Shown in pieces: positions 29,566 to 40,340 of a stretch of 64,000 nucleotides of DNA. The position numbers and the translations under genes are program-made. Origin of the DNA: an uncultured virus (IMG/VR IMGVR_UViG_3300030116_006045). Its lineage: Duplodnaviria > Heunggongvirae > Uroviricota > Caudoviricetes. Below the pieces are notes generated by a model. It searched no databases. It saw nothing but the letters and a program-made list of their open reading frames with translations, and was not told the origin of the DNA. The DNA is taken from IMG/VR virus record IMGVR_UViG_3300030116_006045, positions 1-64,000 of that record; one strand, given 5' to 3'. The stretch's first letter is position 1; every line of letters starts with the position of its first letter.

Positions 29566-30865
29566 CCCAGGGTAATTTCTGTTCTTCTTTAGGATTGAAA
29601 GCTCCTATACGACATAGTGTTCCTCTCCTTCCTCTACCTGTTTTCTCAGGTCTGAACTCGATGAACCAATCTTGATCTGACAGATTCTCATCCATCCATC
29701 GCTTTGCGGATTGGTAATCTCCTTGAGTAATCATCTTGGCTATTTCTTTTAGTAGAGTGGACTTGGATATGTCTTGACCCCAATAGGTTTCACGGATAAG
29801 GCGCACATCAGCATCCATTACTGTCCGGCGCATTTGTAAGCATCGATCTAACATTTGTGCTAAATCATCGGTGTATTTCACGATGAGAACACCACCATGC
29901 CATATCGGTTGCATCATTGAATAGCCAATAGCGAGGCGACGGAATAGATCACTCTCAAAGTTTCTAACAGCTGGTTGCTCTAACCAGGTGTTGAAATCCT
30001 CATCGAAGATAACACCCGTTAGAGGTGTTTCTTGAACGTCTTTGATTCTTTGTTGAAACCATTCTCGAATATCATACGCTAGATCCGCAAGCCCGACTCT
30101 CTCTTCATTAGTCATGCGAGCTTGAGCTGCTTGGGCCTTTTTGTATGCTAACTCTTTATCTTTGGACATCACGATCTGAATGATAAAGAAACGCCGGTCA
30201 AGACCGGACTCAAGCTCAAGACGAGCTGGTTGAGTGCCTCCCCATACTGTATAGCGTGTAGTATAGCGAACCCATCCGGCTCGCATTCCTTTATTCACTC
30301 GACCTGAATCCAACGATGTAAGAAGCTGATTCACCATATCGCTACTGTGATCCTTTTTGTTACTAATCCACAAGGAGCTTATTTCTTCAAAGGCTAAGAA
30401 GCCACCACACATTTCACGGGCTAACGGACGACCTAGAATATCACCATCTTCATTTACAGAACCAAACATACCAGCTTCGGTGATTGAACCTGGACCCATC
30501 ATAATGTTCAGACCCTCACCTTTAGCAGCGTTTTCAGAGTATAGTAGTCCTGTTCCTTCAGCTAAAAACAGATCGATGAGGGCGTTCTTCCCAGATCCTT
30601 TTTCACCTTCCATCAGTATGTGTACTCTCGTATCTGGTAGATGAGACATAGGAGTGTAGATTGGGTGTCGCTTGTGTCTCAGTGGGCAGAAGTCCAAAGT
30701 AAATGCAGCGTCACCGTCTTCGGGATCAAAGTCACATCGAGAACACTTGTTCGACGTATTGAACAGGTGTGCGCCAATAGAACAGATGAACACAGGGATT
30801 TTATCTTCAACATCAACGTAGTGATTGCCTTGAGCAAAGCTGACTACACTCTCGAAAATATCCAT
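29549..30865 (-). CDS. mcm: MCM-like AAA+ replicative helicase (short form)
   Basis: Walker A GEKGSGKN, ITEAGMFGSV, Walker B FLAFEE and arginine finger LDRRF; only 438 aa. Confidence 0.75.
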   Translation of the reverse strand: MDIFESVVSFAQGNHYVDVEDKIPVFICSIGAHLFNTSNKCSRCDFDPEDGDAAFTLDFCPLRHKRHPIYTPMSHLPDTRVHILMEGEKGSGKNALIDLFLAEGTGLLYSENAAKGEGLNIMMGPGSITEAGMFGSVNEDGDILGRPLAREMCGGFLAFEEISSLWISNKKDHSSDMVNQLLTSLDSGRVNKGMRAGWVRYTTRYTVWGGTQPARLELESGLDRRFFIIQIVMSKDKELAYKKAQAAQARMTNEERVGLADLAYDIREWFQQRIKDVQETPLTGVIFDEDFNTWLEQPAVRNFESDLFRRLAIGYSMMQPIWHGGVLIVKYTDDLAQMLDRCLQMRRTVMDADVRLIRETYWGQDISKSTLLKEIAKMITQGDYQSAKRWMDENLSDQDWFIEFRPEKTGRGRRGTLCRIGAFNPKEEQKLPWGETNE

Positions 30866-30898
30866 GTTCTCCCCCTTTCAAGCCCACAGGCATCCCCC

Positions 30899-31303
30899 TT
30901 ATGAATGCTCCTTAAGCAAAGCTAATTTCGCCTTGCGTTTGAAATGAGATGGTATATTTTTAGTGAAGCCTCTACCTGAATTGATGTGATCTATTATGGC
31001 ATCCTCATCTAAAGGCAACCAAAGATAACCCTTCCTGGTTGGATCCCAAGCGTGTTTCTTGTACTTCTTGAATATAGGTGAGCGAGCGAATGCCATACCA
31101 AGCTCAATGGGCGTTGGCAACGTCTGATAATACTCGTTGGCTACTAACCAATCTAAGATCTGAACAGCCGTCAAAGCTCCTTCTTGTTCTTCCATACATT
31201 GATTCAAACTTCCCAGATCGTAGCCATCAACCGGCCTAAACAGATTTTCAGATTGACCAGCTAACACTTTCCATGCGAATAACAACACTCTTTTGTTTCC
31301 CAT
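30899..31303 (-). CDS. Winged-HTH protein
   Basis: GALTAVQILDWL...PTPIELGMAFARSPIFKK. Confidence 0.6.
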   Translation of the reverse strand: MGNKRVLLFAWKVLAGQSENLFRPVDGYDLGSLNQCMEEQEGALTAVQILDWLVANEYYQTLPTPIELGMAFARSPIFKKYKKHAWDPTRKGYLWLPLDEDAIIDHINSGRGFTKNIPSHFKRKAKLALLKEHS

Positions 31304-31580
31304 AGTCGGCTGTCACCTCCTTTGTTGATAAGTCAAACGGAACAATGCTGTGATGCTCGAAAGAGCGACTGAAAGGAACCTGTTAATTCTTTCAGTAATT
31401 TCAGTAGTCACTGAAAGAAATAATTGCGTATCAGCACATCGTTTCTGCACTATTCTTTTATTTCGTCTATAAGTGTAGAACATTACTAGTATAGATAGAT
31501 AGTAGGGAGGATTTTCAAATCCTTTATGACGAAATAAAATAATTGATGAGATCACTAAGACGCCCCCCGATTTTATTTTT
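31304..31580. other. AT-rich intergenic region with inverted repeats, candidate replication origin
   Basis: TTTTATTTCGTC (31456-31467) and GACGAAATAAAA (31528-31539) form a perfect inverted repeat; AGGATTT-TC-AAATCCT hairpin at 31508-31523; upstream of the wHTH and MCM genes. Confidence 0.4.
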
Positions 31581-32417
31581 TCAGCTCGCACTGAAAGAAT
31601 TAGAAACAATAGAACCTGTGAACCATCGCTTATGTTCAATCTCTGCAGCTTCAGTGCTGTACATAATATCTAGTTGTTGCTTCGGCATGAAAGAAGCTTT
31701 GAACATCATAGAATCGCATGATCTCAAAACCTCCTTGTGTCTTTCCATGCGTGTCTTGAGCTTGAGCATCCAATTCAGATCCTTCTTCATAGATTCTATC
31801 GGTAGTGGTCTAATCGTAGTTCCCATACTATCAGTATGAATACCACCTACAACCAGCTTACTTCCTAGATCGCCGATATGGATAGCTCCACCTTCTGCTT
31901 TTACTACAACACATGGGATTAGATGTGTACCGTTTCTATCTCTCCACATACCAGGTATTACATCACCATCGAGATAATCAGCTATCTCAATACAATCAGC
32001 CGCTTTGAGTCCTGGTGAGCTGGTGATTAGCGTAGCTGCAGAACCATCCCACAAACGCCCACTGTAAGAGGTCGGGTCGGTGATCTCATGGTCCGATGGA
32101 GCGTAGATAGAAATGATTGCTGTTTCTGTCTCCAAGAGCATCAATCGTAAATCGTCCATAAATAGCCCAGGAGCTTGCTGTATGGCCTCATTTACAGGCT
32201 GGCGGGGTAAAGGGTCAAACGGAAACAAAGCGTCCAATAGACCCCATAGAACTTCATTTTTAGAAATCAAAATCTCAGTCGTTCCGATCTGAATTGTTAG
32301 CCAGGGCTGCTTGAGTCGCTTCTTCGAGCGCGTAGATGGTTGAGTCGCATGGAGATCAATCAGATGAATATCTTTTGGCTCGGCATGAATCCAAGATCCC
32401 ACTTGAACATTCATCAA
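31581..32417 (-). CDS. Hypothetical protein (278 aa)
   Basis: Long ORF in the operon; no motif recognised. Confidence 0.6.
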   Translation of the reverse strand: MMNVQVGSWIHAEPKDIHLIDLHATQPSTRSKKRLKQPWLTIQIGTTEILISKNEVLWGLLDALFPFDPLPRQPVNEAIQQAPGLFMDDLRLMLLETETAIISIYAPSDHEITDPTSYSGRLWDGSAATLITSSPGLKAADCIEIADYLDGDVIPGMWRDRNGTHLIPCVVVKAEGGAIHIGDLGSKLVVGGIHTDSMGTTIRPLPIESMKKDLNWMLKLKTRMERHKEVLRSCDSMMFKASFMPKQQLDIMYSTEAAEIEHKRWFTGSIVSNSFSAS

Positions 32418-32791
32418 GCACCCTCCTGAAACATAGACATAGCTAGTACACCTTCTTCGCTCATGGGTTGAGGATCACCATGACGAGCTATTGCTACGTT
32501 CCATGATCGATGAGTAACACCAACATGGAGGATGAAGAAGAACCAGGCAAAGCTGCCTATCATGAAGCAACCAAGATTACCACTGAACAACGTCGCCACA
32601 GGAACACACAACGCGAGTACAATCTTCTCAACGATTGGATTGTAGTGGGTACGAACGGATGAAGGATGTCCGACCAAAGACGATGGGGGGTCCGTCCGAC
32701 CCAAATCAAACACCGCCGTTTGGACTTTCAATATTCGCCCTTTCTTCAAGCTCCAGATCCGTGAATGAGTGACCACACTCAGCACAGACAC
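32414..32791 (-). CDS. Membrane protein (2 TM)
   Basis: Two hydrophobic segments in the C-terminal half. Confidence 0.55.
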   Translation of the reverse strand: MSVLSVVTHSRIWSLKKGRILKVQTAVFDLGRTDPPSSLVGHPSSVRTHYNPIVEKIVLALCVPVATLFSGNLGCFMIGSFAWFFFILHVGVTHRSWNVAIARHGDPQPMSEEGVLAMSMFQEGA

Positions 32792-32862
32792 GACCTACAT
32801 CGCCGGTCCAAATAACCACGCGCATAGGCAAAGGAAACGCATCACAGTTCGGGCATCGGAGA

Positions 32863-34514
32863 TCACTCATCGCCGTCATCCCCTGGACTCGAATCCTTAG
32901 CTATTTCTTCGATGTAGTATCTCTTCTCAAATGTAGCATCTTCTCTACAAGCTCGATTGTACACCTGTCTAACTTCTTCGTAGGTATCAAACGGAGCTGG
33001 GTGATCATCCCAGAACTGTCCAGTTGTGTAATTTGTTATGTAGTAATCAATAGATTCACCCATATATGCAGCATAAGCCTTGAGCATGATTTCGTGAGCC
33101 ACGTTCGCCTCGACCTTAGCATACTTCACTTTGTCCAATGCAAGCATCCAGGTAAGTCGAGCTTTAGCGTATTCAGCCCATAGCGGGTCGTTTCTTTCAT
33201 CCTGGGGGTCAGTCGTTTTCATTGATCTCCACTCTCCATCTTTGCTTGAATCTCTCTCATCTGTTCTTCGGTCCATCCGTAGTGAGTCATGTAGCAACAA
33301 TTAGGATTGATACAAGCCAGGTGTCCAGATCCTTTAGGTGCTTCAACGATAGGAAAAAGCTGGCACAGTGGACATTCAAGTATGTCGTCGATTAGCTTCA
33401 CTCTACTCATGTTTTCACCTCGATCAATTCTTGAGGAACCCATATAGCCCACCAATTCTGACCATCAACCTGTCCAGCTGTCAGCTTATCGGCTGAACAA
33501 TAGTGATTCCAAACGTCATCCAGGGTGTGAACTATCATCATGCAAACGTATGGATCACCAGCGATGTAGCTCGTAGCTCCTTCTTGTGGGGGGAACGAAG
33601 CTTTCATTCCGCCACCACCGTAATTTCTACATTGTGGATAATATTGTGGTACTCGTCGAGAAGTGCATACATCCCTTCTAAGATTTCCTCGACTTCCTCA
33701 CTATATTCGACGGTATCATCTAATGTGATCAAAACACCATACTTACCCATGTATATCACCCCACGTAGAACGTAGGTTTCTTTTGATAGCCTCAATGTAT
33801 TCAGCCATTATCTCGAACTTACTGTCGTCGCAGCCACTGAAAAAGGCCAATCTGTCCTCATTGAAAAGTTTCCACTTGGCTTGTCCGTATGGAGAAATAC
33901 GCACTTCCTCACCCCACCATTCATTAGGGAATAGAAGATCTATGAACTCCTTTGCGTTTAGACGATTCAGATACTTGAAGTCATCAAGCACTTGGCGAAT
34001 TAGTGTGCCGGTCATTTCGTAATGATCACTCATCCCACCACCTCCAGATCCATATTCAGATTCACAGCTGACGACAGACACACCAAATCACCCAATAACT
34101 TAGCTAACTCAGGACTGTCGAATAATGTGACTTTGATTGAATTGGGGATCTCATCCCATCTATCAACCAGGGTCTTAGCGAAATTGAGAATGAGCCTTCG
34201 TCGGACCTCTTCTTTCATCTCAAGATCGGTCATCATTCTACATCAACCCCTTCATGAGCTGGAAAATCAACGCCTCTTAGTGGTGAGACAGGATATTCCT
34301 CCTGTACCTCTTGCCAGCTTTCAGCGTGTAGCAAATCAACCATAGCCTTCACAGACCCTGCCAATGATCTCATCTCGGCATACATTCGCTCGCTTTCTTC
34401 TTCAGAGTCATGCGATGCACCATCAGCGAGAGAGTCAATCCAATCGTAAAGCTGCGAAGCTCGTTCTTTCAGTTCTTGTTCAAGTAGTGTTCTTTGTCGG
34501 GTCATATCCTTCAT
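32863..34514 (-). CDS. Operon of about 7 small acidic hypothetical early genes (32863-33300, 33219-33455, 33407-33607, 33604-33795, 33743-34081, 34030-34236, 34233-34514)
   Basis: Tightly coupled ORFs with GGAGG/GGTGA RBS, downstream of the conserved promoter at 34537; several starts uncertain. Confidence 0.55.
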
Positions 34515-34536
34515 ATCTCCATAGGGGGGTTTTCTT

Positions 34537-34558
34537 ATAAGGGTTTTCTATATAGATT
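34537..34558 (-). promoter_or_regulatory. Early promoter copy 1 (AATCTATATAGAAAACCCTTAT)
   Basis: Identical to 37460-37481; CTATATAG palindrome, BRE-like purine tract and TTATAA TATA box upstream of an operon. Confidence 0.75.
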
Positions 34559-34562
34559 ATTT

Positions 34563-37415
34563 TTACTCCATATCTAGTAAATTGATCTGCTGAACGGCTC
34601 GGCTCTTCAGGTTCTCCCTTCGAGCAAACCAAACAGACCAGGCTCTTGTCTCAGGCCCACAGAAGGCCCAGCTTTCATCAGGCTCGAATCCATCGTGGAG
34701 CTTTTCATGATTCTCATCGAAGATAGGAGGACAACCAGGACAGGTGACTACAATCACTCTTTCGTTGTAGAACGTGCCGTCCTTGAGTACGAGCTGAGGG
34801 ATCACATCGTTAGCTGACCATACGTTCCTGTTGGGGTCAATATAGATGTAATCAGTCATTCCAGATCCACCTCATCGGGCCGCCTAACATAAACGATTGA
34901 TTCGATAGCCTCGGTAATTTCTCGCCTCAGATCATCATCAAAAAAGCTAGATTGTGAGTCCATGTAAAGGGTTTCAATCATGAGATTCCAGGCATCCGCA
35001 GGGAGACACACGACTACGTGACCTGCCTCCTTCATTGGATTACCCCTGTGTAACAACGGAACTCAACATCATAGCAACAGAAGTAACCGTTCTCCCATGT
35101 GTCCTTAGCTAATAGCTCTTCATTATGATCACTCTCAACATTTTCCCAATCAGTACAATTCTTCTCATAACCTAAGATGGTCTGCCTAACCATGTCGAGC
35201 ATATACTCCTTCGCATCCTCTTCATTGATGAACGTCATGAGATCATCAGGAATACCCTGGTCGATAATAAGAACGTGATGAACATTCAACCTCGTCGCAG
35301 GCCAAACCATACTTGTTCCTATATCCACGATTTGTTCTGCGATAAGCTGGGCTTCATTAACAGCCCCCCAAAATCTTGTTTGGTTTTCCTTGTGGCTTAG
35401 GCCAGGGTCGTCCTCGAACTCATCGAAGACGGTTTCAGCATGGTCTTCAAAAGCGAGTTCTTTGGCCCAGCTTAGACCATCAAGGGCCATCTCTACGAGC
35501 TTTTTCCTACTAATATCGTGATCCATTCAGTCCATCTCCTGTACTATCTCTTCAATCCACTCTAACTGCTTATCTAAATCAGCATCATATATTCTCTCTA
35601 AATCAGCATGATATATTCTCTGATAGAACTCAAAGAAGTCATGTACAGTATTCTCTCCGAACTCATGAATCATGTATTCGATGTCTTCTCTGTCCATCTT
35701 TGTTACATCAACTGCAAAATGCCAGCAAACATGAACCGCAAGTGCTTTCATATCGTGTAAGCTCATTCAGGCATCACCTCGCTCGATGTACCCATTCTCT
35801 ACCAGATCCTCGTAGTTATCCATCCACTTCAAGAGGACATCCCTGGCCTCTCTCTGGTCAAGATCAAATGCGTCAGCTAAATACGGGGATGCGCCAAACA
35901 TATTGACGACGCCCGATTGCCGCAGCATTTCAAGCCATTCAAACATTTCAAGTTCTTCTTCTGTATATTTCACTTCTTCACTTCCTTTAGTATATCACCA
36001 ATAACCGCCGCGAGAGTTTCTTCTTCGATGGCAACCAGGCAGCTAACGCCGCACATCATTTCGTTGATTGAAGCTTCAATAGCTCCGTCTGTCCATCTCA
36101 TTGAGATCCCTCCCACTGTTCGATATCTGGTGAGTTTTCTTTGGCGTATAGGTACAAAATGTTGGCGAGCAAACACTCCCAATCATCTAACTGTTGGGGG
36201 AACTCTCCGGTTTCTCCCTCTATCTTCAATCCCAGGATGAGATTTCGCATGAGCCTCAAGAACATCGGCCCATGATCTGACTCAGCGACCAGCTTCAACA
36301 GCTCGTAGTCAGCTTCGTATTGAGTATCTTTAGGCGTCTTCATCACTTCATCATATGCTATTCGAGTTAGTCGGTCGTATGGCATACTTGGTTCGGTTAG
36401 AGTCACCTCCGGCGGGAACTGTGCATAATAAGCAAAGCAATCCCCAGGGCGCAGCACTTCACAGTCGCTGCAGGTAAGTAATCCTTGAAGCACTAAATCG
36501 TCATCGATCTCAACCTCTTGGCAGATGGCGCAGAAGCATGGTCCGTTGGATCTGGAATCATAAGAATCGTAACTCATGTCCACACCTCCAAAGCAACCCA
36601 TTCAATCATTCCATCATATCCGTAGAAATCTTTGATGTCCTCAAGCGTATCTAAATCACAACCTATGAAGATTGGAATATTCTCTTCTTTTTCTTCATCC
36701 CATTCCCAACAATTGTTTTCCCAATCAGGAATATGAGCCATGATCTCCCAATTATCATCACGGCTGATAGCTCCGGTCATCAGATCGATAGCTACGCCCC
36801 AAGTGATTTTCTCACCTAAGCCGTCCGGTAGCTCGTATTTTTCAGACGAGCGATGATACCAGGGTAGCCCCTGATAGTTCTCACCATATCCTTCGCTCAT
36901 AGCCTCACCTCATCAACAGGATTGCCGTTTTGGTCTTTCCAACCAACGATATCACCATTATCACCCCATATAGGGAATGGCCCATAGATATGTTGAGCAT
37001 CTTCCTCAAATACAGCGGCCATTTTCAAACCGAGTAAAGCGTTCACGGCTGAATCAAAGATAGCCATCGGCCATTCACCGGACCCATATTCTTGAAAACC
37101 AGCTGAGGCGGTAAGAGCATCAACCATATTCATGTTAGGTGTCCACCCTACGAAGTCGTTACCATCATCGCAATAGAACCCCAGGTGTGTAGGTGTCTCT
37201 TCATGGACATCCACCACATCGCAGTCGGTATCGGTAATCCACGCCATCCATCCATTAGGCATGGTGATTTCGTAGGCGAAGCATCCTCCGCCGGTATGGA
37301 TCACCTCTCCGGTAGCACCTTCAGGTAAGAAAAGTCGGTATTCTTCGGTCAGCTGTATGAGCTGGCGGTATCGTTCTAAGTAGGTTGGTCTATATCCGTC
37401 GTCTATAATCGTCAT
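34563..37415 (-). CDS. Operon of 9 small acidic hypothetical early genes (34563-34859, 34856-35056, 35032-35526, 35527-35766, 35767-35973, 35970-36182, 36098-36601, 36574-36900, 36897-37415)
   Basis: Coupled ORFs downstream of the promoter at 37460; 35767-35973 has the common phage motif LE.LR.SG..NMFGA.PYL. Confidence 0.55.
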
Positions 37416-37459
37416 TCTTCGGCCTCCTTTCGGCTATTTACCCATAAACGAACTACATC

Positions 37460-37481
37460 ATAAGGGTTTTCTATATAGATT
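37460..37481 (-). promoter_or_regulatory. Early promoter copy 2
   Basis: 22-bp identical to 34537-34558; followed by GGAGG RBS and ATG at 37415. Confidence 0.75.
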
Positions 37482-37587
37482 CTATAGTCGGAGATCCCGT
37501 GAAAATCCTGCAGGATCTGACGATTAGCTACCATCTGTACCGATATGGTCAAATCTAGTGCTGCTTGAAGTGGCGTCATCTTCTCGT

Positions 37588-39910
37588 TCATTTAATCACC
37601 TCGTAGGTGTACACATACCACTTTGTTGAATCGTCCATGAAATCTTTGAGCAGATTGATTCCCGCGCATGAGTCGGGATGTCTGGTATTTTCAGCTAAAA
37701 TGTCCTCTTTTACACGTTTAATGTCGATACCAGGTATTCGGTCTTCAAGTAGCTCCATCATCTCGTCGAGGATGGCTTCAAAGGAACCCTCCCACTCAAG
37801 CGGTTTTCTATCATACCAGGAAAGTTGACCTTCCCAGATTTTTAAGAAATGCTCGCGGAATATAATTTTCAACGGATCACCTCCCAAACGGCCCACCAAT
37901 GTAGCTGACCATATCGACCAGCTGTCAGAAATAGGTCATCGAGCTGTGAGGGTGAGAATCCCAGATCCTCCGGCGAGTTTGCTACTCGAATGCACATCCT
38001 TGATTTTCCATGAAGATCCCTCACGGACCCCAGTTTAGGCGGCGCACTCATTCAACCACCTCGTAACCCCAGGGGAAAGAACCCCACATATGAGGACCGA
38101 GGAAATGACCGGCGTGTTCTCCACATTCGGGGCATTTTGTCGGCAGTTCCAGATTGCACCAATATTCATCATGAATATTCATCGTGTCTTCATCGGCGGT
38201 CCATCCACAACAAGGGCAGAGCGCGTAAGGCATTTCATCTTCGGTGATGGTCAGGATTTGACCATTTACCTCGGCGCATAATTTTTCAGTCATTCAACCG
38301 CCTCCTTCAGCAGATCCATGACCAAAAAGGACAATTCATCGACGGCCTCTTCTTTTGTCATGTCTCGGATATTATCAAAGAAGGCGTTCAATATGAGCGT
38401 CTTAATTAGCTGCTCCGGCGCGTTTTTGTATTCTTGAGAAAAGGAGTCATCCCACTCTCGCGGGTCATAGCCTGGTAGCAATTTCTCAAGCTGGCTCAAG
38501 CTCAAATCCTGAAGCTGACCGCATAGGACATTCAGGCCGTGACTCATACCTCTGACCCCCATTCGCAGTATTTGCATTGATTGGGATTCGTTGGTTTGAG
38601 CCATACTTCTTGACCCGTTGCCTCGTAGATTTTCAGATCGATGACAGACCAGGAGAAGTCATTTTGATTTCTACTTTCGCCACAGGTGGGGCATTCCTTC
38701 ATTCGTCATCACCTCTTAGGGAATCAATTATCTCGATGGCACAGATGCCTCGGTTTAGAATCAAGCGCATAATTTCAGGGATGACGTCAATGATCTCCCC
38801 GTCTTTTGTTTCGATTTCTGAATCTGGATAGCAGCCGAACGAGACATCAATAAAAGCGCGGATGTCTATAACGGCCTGCTCGAACTGTTCTTCATTGAAG
38901 AAAACGCCTTCGGGTAATTGATAATCAGTCATCAAGCCACCCCCTCGATATCTGGGACGTAAATGATTTCCCAGTTTTCATCGTGTGCCAGGGTGCAACC
39001 CTCCGAGCAAATCAAATAGCTCCCCTCAGCGTCGATTGAGAAACCGTCACATTCAGGATTCGGGCAGGAGTCGATATATGCGGCGTGATGATAGCACCAC
39101 TCATGAACAGAGGGGCCAGATGAAGCCGGTCGGCACATATCGCAACCGCAGACATATTCCGCACCGCATGAAAGCATCTCACCGTGACGAGCCTCTGAAA
39201 CGATTCTCAAGAATTGGGTATTCTCTAGATAACAGACATCCGACATACCTTGAAGTTCGTGGCGTTCCATCTCGATGAGATGGGTTCGGATGATGTAAGG
39301 GTGTTCAGTGTCGCATCCTTGTGGGGTTTCTTCGATTGTACCGAGGATGTCATGCCCCAGGGGATAGACAGAATATCGGACGGAATCGCCGACCGTCAGA
39401 TCTATTAGACGGACTGATGAGTTTTCAAACATCAATGGCCTCAATGAAGGTAATTGATCACTCATGGTCTTCATCTCCTAGATATCGGTCAAACCAGGCA
39501 TCAAAGTCGAAATCTCTGACGTGATACTCTGCCCATTGTGTCAGATTGTCGCAGTATGCTATACCGAGGAAATGTTCAACGGTTTCGCGGTCATCTCTGT
39601 ATAGTGTGATTTCTTCAAACTCGCCCCAATCCATGAAAACAAAGGAGGCCGAGCCATCGGAATAGAAACGGAACTCTTCAGAAGGACCGCCCCAGGATAT
39701 TTGAAAACGGATAAACGGGCATTGATTTTCAAAAGTTCCCGCTTCTACCATGTCGATAGATAGTCCATATTCGTTCGGTTCGCCCATCTCGTCGGGGTCG
39801 TAGTTGTTACTATTGAAAGCGTGAAGGTCTTCAAGCCTTGAATACATCAAGGAATAAGCCCGCTCTCTGGGTGTCGGTCGTGTGTCGTTCTGTTCAAGTT
39901 CTGTGTTCAT
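37588..39910 (-). CDS. Operon of small acidic/Cys-rich hypothetical early genes (37588-37899, 37869-38051, 38048-38293, 38290-38604, 38699-38935, 38932-39474, 39458-39910)
   Basis: Coupled ORFs downstream of the promoter at 39955. Confidence 0.55.
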
Positions 39911-39954
39911 ATTTTTGTCGCCTCCGCGTTAATTAGGAATAGAAGTTCAAGTAA

Positions 39955-39976
39955 ATAAAGGTCATCTATATAGATT
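39955..39976 (-). promoter_or_regulatory. Early promoter copy 3 (AATCTATATAGATGACCTTTAT)
   Basis: 19/22 match to copies 1 and 2; upstream of the ATG at 39910. Confidence 0.7.
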
Positions 39977-40340
39977 ATTGAGGGGTTTTTTTGAGATCTT
40001 TGGGGGGATTTTGGGGATCTGGGATTTTTAGCTATTTCAGCTGCTCCGAGGTTTTTGAAATTAGGATTTCTTAAATCTGTCAACTTTGAACTCCGAGCTT
40101 TTTTCATTTTTCTCACCGTCAAAATAGCTCCGTCAGATCATCGGGATTTTTAGCTATTCCGAGCTTTTACTTGACCAGCTGGTCAACCGGTCAAAATAAC
40201 ACCTGAAGCTGACCCCGTAGTTTGACGGGTCAAAAACAGTTATAGTCAAAATAGCTCCGGTTGAAAAATCCTAGATCCGCCACCCCCAAATCAAAATTAT
40301 GAATTGATCTCATCGAGTCAGGATCTGCACTTTTCAGGAA
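39977..40340. repeat. Non-coding repeat/palindrome cluster rich in AGCT and GATC
   Basis: GGGATTTTTAGCTATT x2 (40021, 40143); GTCAAAATAGCTCCG x2 (40118, 40245); 16-bp palindrome TTGACCAGCTGGTCAA (40171-40186); 9 AGCT in 40030-40256. Confidence 0.8.

Noticed and set aside
32863..39910. Many early proteins end in EV(x)(x), GDE or GEEE, resembling a shared C-terminal motif
   Set aside because: Explained by the next gene's GGAGGTG/GGTGA ribosome-binding site overlapping the last codons.
39907..40122. 71-aa ORF and other short ORFs in 42266-42898
   Set aside because: They lie across promoter and repeat DNA, have biased low-complexity translations and lack an RBS.
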